Origin: Myxococcales bacterium
GTDB lineage: Bacteria > Myxococcota > Myxococcia > Myxococcales > UBA5297
Assembly: GCA_031262165.1 (NCBI GenBank)
Contig: JAISIF010000071.1
Location: 78-64,077 of the forward strand
DNA length: 64,000 bases
Direction of reading: 5' to 3'
The translations under genes were made by a program, and so were the position numbers. The notes beneath the pieces are model-generated. The model was given only the letters and a program-made list of their open reading frames with translations. It was not told where the DNA came from and did no database searches. Each line of letters starts with the position of its first letter. Position 1 is the stretch's first letter. Below, piece after piece: positions 34,183 to 43,667 of the stretch.

Positions 34183-36261
34183 TCATTTGGCGACCGACGG
34201 GCGGTCACGGGGGATCGCTTCTGCATTTTGCGTTGCCAATCGATCGCTCACGTAGAGCTCGTAGGCCGTCTGGAAGAGGGAGATGGCGAGGTCTCGGGCG
34301 CGCGGTGCTTCTTCACCGAGGTCGCCCTCGAGGATCGCGTCGTTTGCGTCGAGCGCCTCGAAGCGGTTGCCCTCGTTGAATCCGAGGATGACGAGACCGT
34401 TTGGCAGTCGGACGCCGACGTCCTGCTTGTCCTGGAGCGGTGCCAGGCCGCCGTCGGTGACGCGGGCGAGGTCACGACCGAAGAAGCTCGAGGTGTAGGT
34501 GCCGCCCAAGAGGCCGAGCAACGTCGGCGTGACATCGAGGGTCGAGCCGACGACATCGCGCCGAACGCCTGGGGTGACGACGCCTTCGGGACCCCAGACG
34601 AGGAAGGGGACGCGGTGTGCGTCGGCGGGCATCCGCTCGCGCGTGTAGGAGCGCGGCCCGTGGTCGCCGACGACGGCCACGATCGTGTCGCGCTGAAAGC
34701 CCTCGGCACGGAGCGCGTCGAAGAAGCGGCCCAGCGCAAAGTCGGCGTAGCGCGTGGCGCCTTCGCGGGTGCGCTGCACGGCGCCCTCGACCCTGCCCTC
34801 GGGGAAGAGGAATGGTCGGTGGTTGCTCACGGTGAGGATCGTCAGGAAGAGCGGACGACCACTCGATCGGGCGGCGCGCAGATCGGTGAGCGCGCGATCG
34901 AAGACGAACTCGTCGGCCGCGCCCCACGCCGTCGAAAAGGCGTTTGGAAGATCGCGCCCCGCGTCCTCGTCCGCGCCCGAAAAGCCGGTGACCTCGAGGA
35001 AGGCGGCCATGTTGTCGAAGCCGAGATCGCCGCCATAGACGAAGCGCGCCTCATAGCCGCGCGGGGTCAGGACGCGGGCGATGGAGTCGAGCGGCCGCTG
35101 ACGGCGCAGGCGGACGATGGCGTTGCCCGGCACCGGGGGAAACGAGGCGAGGGCGCCTTCGAGGGCGCGGGCCGTCCGAGTGCCGGTCGCGTAGAAGCGA
35201 TCGAAGAGCAGAGATTCGGCGACGAGCGCGTCGAGGTGCGGCGTGAACGAGGGCTCGTTGGTGGGAGCGCGCCCCAGGCCCGTCAGCTCGCGGCCAAGGC
35301 TCTCGGCGAGCACGAGGACGAGGTTCAGCCGCTGCTCAGGACGCTCGGTCGCGATGCGTCGCCGAATGCCGCCCTCGCCCGTGAAGCCGACGAAGCCTGG
35401 CTCCTTCGAAAGGAAGTCGCGCAGGGTCGGCAGCGAATTGGGGATCGTCGAGTAGTGGCTCGCGTAGTCGAGTTCGCCCGTGAACGCGGCGCGCGTCAGG
35501 CTCGTGAGGCCATTCTGCGCAATCTCCCGCGTCGGGCGATCGTCGAAGGGTGGATCGAGGGCGGCCGAGGCGACGAAGAAGAGGACGCCCATCGTGAACC
35601 AGGCGAGGCGTCGAGAGGGGCGGGCGCCCTTCGTGCCCGTCGTGCCCGATCCCAGCCAGGCGAATAGGGCGGCGAGGAGCGCTCCAAACACGGCGCAGAG
35701 GGTGACGATGAGCACCACGGGATAGGTCTCGAAGACGTTCCCGGTCACCTCGCCCGTATAGAAGACGTAGTCGAGGACCACCTGGTCGGCGCGCGTGGCG
35801 AACTCGTCGAAATAGAAGAACTCGAAGCAGCTCCAGAAGGTGAACGCGGCAAAGAAGAGGGCCGTGGCCACGCGCTGAATCCAGACGGCCCACGGGCGCT
35901 GGGTGGCGAGGGGCGGCGGCGCCAGGCAGAGGGCAAAGCCGAGGTCGGCGAAGAGGCCCCAGAGAAGCGCGCCGAAGCTCGGCAGACCGATGAAGGCGCG
36001 GGGAAAGAGCGCGAGCCGGAGCGCGAGGCCGATGAGGAGGAGCGCGGCGAGCTTGGGAAGCGAGAGTCCTTCGAAGAGGGCCTCGAACCGTCCGCCGGGC
36101 AAGGGCTTCGAGGGCGGGCGATCGCTGTCTCGGTCTCGCGAGGGCAGGGGTGTCGAATCGGGAGAGGGAGCGGCGCTGGCCGAGGCGTCGTCGACTGCGG
36201 CGGAGGCGTCGCTCGATGCGGCGGAGGCGTCGTCGAGGTCGGAATGAGAGGCAGCGGTCAT
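34183..36261 (-). CDS. Membrane-anchored sulfatase-family protein (LTA synthase / phosphoglycerol-transferase-like)
   Basis: The N-terminal part has about 5 TM helices. The C-terminal sulfatase-type domain carries NLVLVLAESLG, TGTRTARALEG, TVSNHRPF and VVGDHGP. The track ORF starts at a TTG (36384); the first in-frame ATG is at 36261, so the start is uncertain. Confidence 0.75.
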   Translation of the reverse strand: MTAASHSDLDDASAASSDASAAVDDASASAAPSPDSTPLPSRDRDSDRPPSKPLPGGRFEALFEGLSLPKLAALLLIGLALRLALFPRAFIGLPSFGALLWGLFADLGFALCLAPPPLATQRPWAVWIQRVATALFFAAFTFWSCFEFFYFDEFATRADQVVLDYVFYTGEVTGNVFETYPVVLIVTLCAVFGALLAALFAWLGSGTTGTKGARPSRRLAWFTMGVLFFVASAALDPPFDDRPTREIAQNGLTSLTRAAFTGELDYASHYSTIPNSLPTLRDFLSKEPGFVGFTGEGGIRRRIATERPEQRLNLVLVLAESLGRELTGLGRAPTNEPSFTPHLDALVAESLLFDRFYATGTRTARALEGALASFPPVPGNAIVRLRRQRPLDSIARVLTPRGYEARFVYGGDLGFDNMAAFLEVTGFSGADEDAGRDLPNAFSTAWGAADEFVFDRALTDLRAARSSGRPLFLTILTVSNHRPFLFPEGRVEGAVQRTREGATRYADFALGRFFDALRAEGFQRDTIVAVVGDHGPRSYTRERMPADAHRVPFLVWGPEGVVTPGVRRDVVGSTLDVTPTLLGLLGGTYTSSFFGRDLARVTDGGLAPLQDKQDVGVRLPNGLVILGFNEGNRFEALDANDAILEGDLGEEAPRARDLAISLFQTAYELYVSDRLATQNAEAIPRDRPSVAK

Positions 36262-36496
36262 TGGGAAGGGAGGAGCGCGGCGCGCGTTCGCGGCGGCGGA
36301 GGGAGGGCACGGGCGACGTGTCGAGAACGAGGCAATGTCGCGGATGTCAGGAGGATGTCGTGAGGGCGCGCGGGCCCCATCCAAGAGGCCCAGGCCGTTC
36401 GAAGGCGCGGCCCGATAGCGCCCGAGGCAAGCGAGTTCAAATTCGGAGAGCGGTCACTCGAGATGTGAATGAGATCTTGGAAGTCGATCGATTCAA

Positions 36497-39400
36497 TCAA
36501 TTCGATGTTTCCCGATCGATATCGGCCTCCTTCAGCTCCCCCATCTCATCCGATGCCTTTGGCCTGTCGGGCGGCTCGGTCACAGCCATTGGTCTGGGCG
36601 CCACGTAGCCCACAGCGATGAAGAGCAGGCCAACGAGGATGAATGAGACCACGCCAGCCACGGTGCTGAGGTGGTGGCGGTCCACCAGGAGGAGCTTCAC
36701 CACCACTGCGGCGGCGAGGATCGCGCCCAATGTCCACTGACCTCGGTCCTTTCGGCGTGACCCCAAAACCCACTTCAGCGCCCCCCAGACGCTCCAGACG
36801 ATGGTCAGGCTCATCTGCGCCACGCTGCTTTTCCAGAGCCCTTCGAGATCCCACGCCACGTCGTCGGCCCAGTGATGGACGCAGCGCAGCGCGACCGCCG
36901 TCACGAACGCGATGTCGAGCAGGGCCACGAAGACGTTGTGGCGGTGGTCCACTCGCACGGACGCAGCGCCCTCGTCCTTCCGAAGCCAGAACAGGAAGAG
37001 CGCCAGCGCCGTGAACTGCAACAGCTCCATCGGGTTGACGAGCGGCAGCCAGGGGAGCGGCGCCATCGAGCCAGACGCGAACAGCGCGACGATCCAGCCC
37101 AGCCCCATGGCCGACCAGCAGGTCAGCATCAGGGGCGTGCGCAGGCGATCGAAGTGCTCGCCCATGGGCTTCGCCAGCCAACGCCACTGCCAGATGCCGA
37201 GCACCGTGAGCGCCAGCGTTGGTAGCGCGACGAGCCCGAGGCGCCAGCTCTCGGCCAAATGGTCGCCGAACCAATAGGCCAAGAGCGACAGGATCAGCGC
37301 CCACGAGGGCCACCAGGCGAACCGCGCAAGCTGCGCAGCGCCGTCTCCCCTCGGCCGCAGGCACAGGAGCGTGCGCGCGCCGAGGACGGCAAAGGCGCCC
37401 CACGCGAGCGCGTTCCAACCGAGTGAGAGGCGCACGCGAGCCACGATGAGGAAGATCGCGATCAGCGCGGGGACCACGAGGGCGAGGCTGGCGGTCACGC
37501 TCAGCGCCTTGGCCGGTCGGCGCTGTTCTACTTCGGCGGCCATCCACGCCGTCAGCGCGACGAACGCGATCAGCGCGCTGGCAAAGCCCGCGTCGCTCTC
37601 CACGAACATGGCGATCTCATGGATGCCGATGCTCAGCCACCAGCCGATCCCCACGAGATACAGCGCCGTGGCCATGGCCTTGGATTGCCGCGCCCGATGC
37701 TGCCAAGCGCTCGCGAACGTGACGGCGCTCAAGAGCAGGCCGCCCGCGAGTTCGAGGTGCAGCCCGTCCTGCTCCACCAGCGCTTCGATCCAGTGTCTCG
37801 CAACGCCGAAGAGGAGGAGACCCGGCAGGAGCAGGAGCGTCAGGCTCAGCGCCTTGGCAGGCCGTCGGCGATCGACCGCGAACACCATCCACGACGTCAG
37901 CGCGCCAAAGCAGAGCATCGCGCCAGTCATCCAGGGGCGCGGCAGGTAGGTGTCGAGCTCGCTGATGCCCGTGCCCAGCCACCAAGCGAGCCCCAAGAGA
38001 TAGAACGCCGTGGCCCACTTGTTCGACTGACGCGACTGATGTCGCCAGGCGCTCGCGAGCGCGACTCCGCTCAGGAGCAGTGCCGCTCCGAACTCGAGGT
38101 TCAGGATGGGCCAATCCGGCGTCAGGTCATACCAACCAAAGGGGAAGGCGATGACGGCGGCGATCGGGGTGAGGAAAACCGTCAGGTTCAGCGCCTTGGC
38201 TGGCCAGCGCCAATCGACCGCTACCGCGATCCACGATGTCAGCGCGGCGAACGCGAGCAGCGCTCCAACGGGTTGATTCACGAACGCGACGATCTCGTTG
38301 ACAGCCGCGAGCAGCCACCAGCCGAGCCCCAGGAGATAGAACGCCGTGGCCCTGCCGTTCGACCGGCACGCCCGATAGAGCCAAGCGATCGCGAACGCGC
38401 AGGCGCACAGGATGAACGCGCTCGAGAAGCGGCCATTGGCGATGGCCCTCCCCGCAGCACCTGCCACGCCCCAGTCCGCCAAGAAGTAGGCCGTGAGCGA
38501 GGCGAGCTGGAGCAGGGTGCCCGAGACCTGCGGCAGGCGCTTCTTTTGGCGCAGCCCCAGCCACACGAGCGCGACGCCTTCGAGCGCGAACAGGCATGTC
38601 GTCACGCGCACGTCGAAGCCCAGCGGGATCGCCAACGTCCCAAAGGCCACCGCGAGGTGCGCGTAGGATTTGCCGAGCAGCTCGAAGCCCTCGCGGCGAC
38701 GCAGGACCCACGCCAGCGCCGCGTAGAGCAGGCCAATGCCCAGCGCGCAGAAGCTCAAGGTGAGCGCGCGGCCATCGACGATGCAGGCCTCCAGCGCGAA
38801 GGCCCACACTGGCAGGCCGAACACCAGAATGCCGTCGATGGCGCGGTGCTTCTGGGCCGATACCCGCCAGGCGTAGAGCAGCGGGATGGCCAGGTAGAAC
38901 AGGAAGAAGATCGCGAGGAAGGGCTGGACCGAGGCAAACTTGGACCACTCGTAATCGCGGATGCCCCACGCCATCCCGATGGTGAACGTGAAGAAGAACC
39001 CGAGCAGATTGAGGCTGCGCCAAGCCCGCTTCCACGCGATGGCCAGAATGCCGACGTTGAGGAGCACGTAGTAGGCGAACAAAACCACGTGCTGACCGCC
39101 GCCGCTCGAGAGCCAGATGGGCGCGAGGAACCCGGCGAGGAGCGCGAAGATCGCCAGCGCCAGGGCGTCCTGCGCCACGGACAGCATGGCGGCGACGGCC
39201 ACGAGCGCCACACTCAGGCAGAAGGCCGCCTCCACGGGAAGCAAGTCATAGAGCTTGACGGCCGCGAAGGTGATGAACAGCAGCAGGCCGATCATTCCGC
39301 CCTGGACGCTGAGCGCGAAGGAGCGGTGGCTCTCGCGCTTGCGCCAGCCGAACACGAGCCCGCCGAATGCCGCAGCGGCGAGCACGCTCAGGCGCAGCCA

Positions 39401-40195
39401 AATGGGCGCGTAGGCGTCGAGCCAGCCCTCGTCGGCGGCGAGCTTCAAGAGGCCCGCGACGCCTGCGAAGAGGACGAGCATCCCGATCTTCACGGGCACG
39501 TTCCCCTCGGTGAACCAACGCTTGAGCCAAAGGAGCACTCGGTCGAGCACGTCTGGCCCCATGCCCTCGCGCGGCAGGGGAATCGTTTTGCCTTCAGATT
39601 CAGCTTCGGCGTCGTTCTTGGTCGGCTCATCTCGAACGATGTGCCGCTCGATCGGCGCGAGTGCTCCCGGCTCTTGGAACGGCTGGATCTGCATCGAGCG
39701 TTGGGGCGGCGGTTTCGAGGACGATGCCCCTTCGACCGCGACCGCGGCTTCGGCTTCGACAGAAGCTGGGACCACCACGACGGTCGTGATCACGGGTTCG
39801 GCTGACTCGATCCGCGACGCTACCGCGGCCGCGATGGGAGCTTCTGTTTCGAGCGGCGATTCGAGCTTGGGCTCGGCAGCGACGCTCGAGACGAGCGGTT
39901 CGGTCGGCTGATCGATCGAGGTCACGATCGGCTCGGCCTCGGTCTGGACCTCCGTCGAGACCTCGGACTGGGCGACCGGAGCGGCCTCACTCGCCTTTGC
40001 CTGCTGGGCCAGCATCAGCGCCTTTTCCAAGGCCTCGATGCGGGCCTCGAATTCCGAACAGCTCGCCGTCCACCGCTTTGTCGAAGTCTCGAGGTGGTCT
40101 TTGAGGCGCCCGATCTTCGCCCTCACGCGGAACGCCATGATGAAGAGGATGAGGACGGCTGGCCCAATCATGCAGGCCAATGACGAGTCAGACAT
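36497..40195 (-). CDS. Very large polytopic membrane protein, DUF2339-like
   Basis: This lies in ORF 36497..40408. I place the start at 40195 (MSDSSLACMIGPAVLILFIMAF) behind AAGGAG. It has an N-terminal TM helix plus a coiled coil, an acidic/Pro-rich linker, and then dozens of TM helices with internal 114-115-aa repeats. Confidence 0.75.
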   Translation of the reverse strand: MSDSSLACMIGPAVLILFIMAFRVRAKIGRLKDHLETSTKRWTASCSEFEARIEALEKALMLAQQAKASEAAPVAQSEVSTEVQTEAEPIVTSIDQPTEPLVSSVAAEPKLESPLETEAPIAAAVASRIESAEPVITTVVVVPASVEAEAAVAVEGASSSKPPPQRSMQIQPFQEPGALAPIERHIVRDEPTKNDAEAESEGKTIPLPREGMGPDVLDRVLLWLKRWFTEGNVPVKIGMLVLFAGVAGLLKLAADEGWLDAYAPIWLRLSVLAAAAFGGLVFGWRKRESHRSFALSVQGGMIGLLLFITFAAVKLYDLLPVEAAFCLSVALVAVAAMLSVAQDALALAIFALLAGFLAPIWLSSGGGQHVVLFAYYVLLNVGILAIAWKRAWRSLNLLGFFFTFTIGMAWGIRDYEWSKFASVQPFLAIFFLFYLAIPLLYAWRVSAQKHRAIDGILVFGLPVWAFALEACIVDGRALTLSFCALGIGLLYAALAWVLRRREGFELLGKSYAHLAVAFGTLAIPLGFDVRVTTCLFALEGVALVWLGLRQKKRLPQVSGTLLQLASLTAYFLADWGVAGAAGRAIANGRFSSAFILCACAFAIAWLYRACRSNGRATAFYLLGLGWWLLAAVNEIVAFVNQPVGALLAFAALTSWIAVAVDWRWPAKALNLTVFLTPIAAVIAFPFGWYDLTPDWPILNLEFGAALLLSGVALASAWRHQSRQSNKWATAFYLLGLAWWLGTGISELDTYLPRPWMTGAMLCFGALTSWMVFAVDRRRPAKALSLTLLLLPGLLLFGVARHWIEALVEQDGLHLELAGGLLLSAVTFASAWQHRARQSKAMATALYLVGIGWWLSIGIHEIAMFVESDAGFASALIAFVALTAWMAAEVEQRRPAKALSVTASLALVVPALIAIFLIVARVRLSLGWNALAWGAFAVLGARTLLCLRPRGDGAAQLARFAWWPSWALILSLLAYWFGDHLAESWRLGLVALPTLALTVLGIWQWRWLAKPMGEHFDRLRTPLMLTCWSAMGLGWIVALFASGSMAPLPWLPLVNPMELLQFTALALFLFWLRKDEGAASVRVDHRHNVFVALLDIAFVTAVALRCVHHWADDVAWDLEGLWKSSVAQMSLTIVWSVWGALKWVLGSRRKDRGQWTLGAILAAAVVVKLLLVDRHHLSTVAGVVSFILVGLLFIAVGYVAPRPMAVTEPPDRPKASDEMGELKEADIDRETSN

Positions 40196-40434
40196 GGGGG
40201 CTCCTTGCGACCGCTCGTCGAAGACGAGGCTGTCGGCAGGTTCGGAAAACGCGAGCGAAAACCATTGAATCGATGACGTTTTCAAATCGTTGAGAAGCGG
40301 ACATTTGTCGCGAAAGGGCTTGGCAAAGGCCGGGAACTTTTCGGGCTGGCCTCTCGTTGGGGCGCGGTCGCTCAGGAAACGGCTCATTTCGACGCCTTGC
40401 GACCCCAAGACCTCCCCGCTAGAAGGCGCCGCCC

Positions 40435-40707
40435 ATGAACCTCCGCCCCCTTGCCTGCCTCGTCCTGCCGCTCGCCTTGCTGGCCTGTGAGAACAAGTGC
40501 CTCACGCTCGCCAAGAAAGTCTGCGGCTGTGAGCGTGTTGCCTCAGAAGTCGATACCTGCCGCACCCGCGCCGAGAGCGAATCGTCGAACCTCGACATCA
40601 CCTCTTCCCAAGAGGACTACTGCGAGTCGAAGATCGACACGTGCTCATGCGATGGACTCGACACGCCCGAAGGCCAGATCGCCTGCGGGTTGGCCAACGC
40701 GCCTTGA
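40435..40707 (+). CDS. Small Cys-rich lipoprotein
   Basis: The signal/lipobox is MNLRPLACLVLPLALLAC. The mature part carries many additional Cys residues (CENKC, CGC, C..C.SC..C). Confidence 0.5.
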   Translation: MNLRPLACLVLPLALLACENKCLTLAKKVCGCERVASEVDTCRTRAESESSNLDITSSQEDYCESKIDTCSCDGLDTPEGQIACGLANAP

Positions 40708-40804
40708 TGGCCTCGGGGCGAAAGAACCTCTCTCGCGAGCAGCCGTCGCGTCGTTCGCGGCGGCTTCGTCATTTTCTCGCCCCTCAACCTCGTTGGGAGC
40801 CGCC

Positions 40805-41590
40805 ATGCCCGCATCGACCCTGAAAGCCCTGCCCCTGTTCGTCGCCCTCCTCGCCCTCGCAGCATCCCCGCTCGCCTGCGGAGAAAGCGCGGATTGTCAG
40901 GGAGCGAAGTGCTTGTCCTCTCCTATCGTCCCAGAACCCATCGAGCCGGACGCGGGCAATGGCGAGGATGGGCCAGACGCGAGCGAGGCGCCAGACGCCG
41001 GTGAAGATCCCGACCCAGCGGACTGCGACCTGATGGGGTTCGCGCCCGAGAACCAATCGAACCAGGGACAGCAATACGCGGAACTCTTCCTGAACCCTCC
41101 CCAGGGCGGGCCCAACTTCTTTCAATACCTCCAGGAAAAGGTCTGGTTCGAAGGTGGGCAGCCCAGCGACCCCAACTCCATCTGGCGCGCCGACGCACTC
41201 ATGATGACCTACTGGTTGCCGGGCGATCAGACCCTTGCACTCGCGCCTGGCACCTACCCCATCGAAGGCGTGGACCTCGATCCGAACGACTGTGAGCTGT
41301 GCATCGAGCTCAACACCTCGAATCTCGATTTGGGCACCAATGAGTATTTCCGGCCCATCGAGGCCACGCTGAACATCGCCGAGGTCGAGCTCGGTTGGCG
41401 AGGTGCCTTCAAGGGAACGCTCTCTGGCCGCTTTGCCGAAGTCGATGGGACGCGGACCTGGTGCCTGAACGAGCTGCCCTTCGAGACGACGTTCGACCTC
41501 TACTGCGCCAGCATCGACGATTGCCCGGTTGGCGCGACTGCCTGCGACTACGTGGGCAACAGCAGCGTCAAGCTGTGCATCGGCGAGTAG
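40805..41590 (+). CDS. Acidic secreted lipoprotein of unknown function
   Basis: This lies in ORF 40451..41590. The ATG at 40805 follows GGGAG and gives the signal MPASTLKALPLFVALLALAASPLAC. An Asp/Glu/Pro-rich segment is followed by a Cys-containing globular part. Confidence 0.6.
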   Translation: MPASTLKALPLFVALLALAASPLACGESADCQGAKCLSSPIVPEPIEPDAGNGEDGPDASEAPDAGEDPDPADCDLMGFAPENQSNQGQQYAELFLNPPQGGPNFFQYLQEKVWFEGGQPSDPNSIWRADALMMTYWLPGDQTLALAPGTYPIEGVDLDPNDCELCIELNTSNLDLGTNEYFRPIEATLNIAEVELGWRGAFKGTLSGRFAEVDGTRTWCLNELPFETTFDLYCASIDDCPVGATACDYVGNSSVKLCIGE

Positions 41591-41729
41591 AGACGACTTT
41601 GCCGCTCGTCCCGCCACCTTCATCATCGAACCCTCTCTAGGGGCGGTCCCCAGTGGCCGCCCTTCTTCATGCCCGCTGCGAACACGCTGGGCAGGCACTT
41701 CATCAGGAACCCACCGCAGGAGCCCACAC

Positions 41730-43421
41730 ATGGCCGCCAAGAGCGACGGAAACTACATCTACACGACCCAGAACCTGCGCCGCGTGCACCCACCGGCCAA
41801 GGAGGTCCTCAAGGATCTCTCCCTGTGCTTTTTCTTTGGCGCCAAGATCGGCGTCATCGGTGGCAACGGCGCGGGCAAAAGCTCGCTTTTGCGCATCATG
41901 GCCGGGCTCGACACCGACTTCTTTGGCCACGCCGCGCCTGCCGATGGCGTCAGCATCGGCTACCTGCCACAGGAGCCAGAGCTCGACCCGACCAAGGACG
42001 TGTTCGGCAACGTGATGGAGGGCGTGAAGCCGGTGAAGGCGAGCCTCGATCGCTTCAACGAGATCAACGCCAAGCTCTGCGATCCCGACCTCGATCCCGA
42101 CGAGATGGCCACGCTCTGCGACGAGCTCGCCAAGGTCCAGGACCACATCGACGCCACGGGCGGCTGGGAGATCGACCGCACCATCGAGCAGGCCATGGAC
42201 GCGCTGCGCTGCCCACCGGGCGATGCCGACGTCACCAAGCTCTCGGGCGGCGAGAAGCGGCGCGTGGCCCTGTGCAAGCTGCTCCTCGAAAAACCAGACC
42301 TGCTCCTGCTCGACGAGCCAACCAACCACCTCGACGCCGAGTCGGTCGCATGGCTCGAACACCACCTGCAAACCTACCCGGGCACGGTCATCGCCATCAC
42401 GCACGATCGCTATTTCCTCGACAACATCGCCGAGTGGATCCTCGAGCTCGATCGCGGCGAGGGCTACCCGTTCAAGGGCAACTACTCGAGCTGGCTGGAG
42501 CAGAAGCGAAAGCGCCTGGAGCTCGAAGAGAAAGCCGAATCTGCTCGCCAGCGCACACTCGCCCGAGAGCTCGAATGGGTGCGGATGGCGCCGCGCGCAC
42601 GCCAGGCCAAGAGCAAGGCGCGCCTGTCTGCCTACGAAAATCTGCTCGCCGAGACGAACGAGAAGCGCGAGGCCACCGCCGAGCTCTCCATCCCGACCGG
42701 GCCTCGGCTGGGCGACGACGTGATCATCGCCAAGGGGATCTCCAAAGGTTTTGGCGACAAGCTGCTGTTCGAGAACCTCGACTTTCGACTCCCTCCTGGC
42801 GGCATCGTCGGCGTCATCGGTCCAAACGGCGCTGGCAAGACCACGCTGTTCCGCATGTTCATGGGGCTCGAATCGCCAGACACGGGCACGCTCACCCTTG
42901 GCCCCACGGTCAAGCTCTCCTACGTCGATCAAAGCCGCAGCGACCTCGAACCCGAGGAGACGATCTACCAGGCCATCTCGCAGGGCGACGACTTCATCAG
43001 GGTCGGCCGCGCCGAGGTGAACGCGCGGGCCTGGTGCGGTGCGTTCGGATTCAAGGGCGCCGATCAACAGAAGAAGGTGAAGGGCCTGTCGGGCGGTGAG
43101 CGCAATCGCCTGCACCTGGCCAGGACGCTGAAGGCCGCGGGCAACGTGCTGCTCCTCGACGAGCCGACGAACGATCTCGACGTGGACACGCTGCGCGCGC
43201 TCGAAGAGGGCATCGTCGATTTCCCGGGCTGTGCGGTCATCATCAGCCACGACCGCTGGTTCCTCGATCGCATTGCCACGCACATCCTCGCGTTCGAGGG
43301 CGAGAGCCGCGCGGTCTGGTTCGAGGGCAACTACCAGGACTACGAGGCCGACAAGCGACGCCGACTGGGCGCCGAGGCCGAGATCCCCAGGCGCATCAAG
43401 TATCGCAAGCTCACGGGGTGA
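41730..43421 (+). CDS. ettA: ABC-F translational throttle protein EttA
   Basis: This lies in ORF 41529..43421. The ATG at 41730 follows AGGAG. The N-terminus (YIYTTQNLRRVHPPAKEVLKDLSL) is typical of EttA. There are two ABC cassettes (GGNGAGKSS / GPNGAGKTT; LSGGEKRR / LSGGERNR) and no TM domain. Confidence 0.93.
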   Translation: MAAKSDGNYIYTTQNLRRVHPPAKEVLKDLSLCFFFGAKIGVIGGNGAGKSSLLRIMAGLDTDFFGHAAPADGVSIGYLPQEPELDPTKDVFGNVMEGVKPVKASLDRFNEINAKLCDPDLDPDEMATLCDELAKVQDHIDATGGWEIDRTIEQAMDALRCPPGDADVTKLSGGEKRRVALCKLLLEKPDLLLLDEPTNHLDAESVAWLEHHLQTYPGTVIAITHDRYFLDNIAEWILELDRGEGYPFKGNYSSWLEQKRKRLELEEKAESARQRTLARELEWVRMAPRARQAKSKARLSAYENLLAETNEKREATAELSIPTGPRLGDDVIIAKGISKGFGDKLLFENLDFRLPPGGIVGVIGPNGAGKTTLFRMFMGLESPDTGTLTLGPTVKLSYVDQSRSDLEPEETIYQAISQGDDFIRVGRAEVNARAWCGAFGFKGADQQKKVKGLSGGERNRLHLARTLKAAGNVLLLDEPTNDLDVDTLRALEEGIVDFPGCAVIISHDRWFLDRIATHILAFEGESRAVWFEGNYQDYEADKRRRLGAEAEIPRRIKYRKLTG

Positions 43422-43667
43422 ACTCTCGAAGCTTCGGGGCGCGTTTCGAGAAAGGCGTGTCGCGCCGTGGCGAGTTCATCGGAAAAATCGATTTGGGATG
43501 ACGCGCCAAAGTCCGCCTCCATGCAGCTACGCAGCTGCGCATCTGTCTGAGGCACCCGCGAAAGAGCACCCCCAACAAGGGCCTTCGTCACCCCGAATTT
43601 CCACACACACTCCGCGCGTTCTCGAAGCATCACCAGAACCACCGTCCACTTTTTCAAGGAGCACTCG

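Noticed and set aside
37619-39805. 728-aa plus-strand ORF opposite the DUF2339-like gene
   Set aside because: The translation is dominated by Arg/Glu/Asp/Gln with no hydrophobic core or motifs. The minus-strand frame encodes a coherent TM-rich protein with a good RBS.
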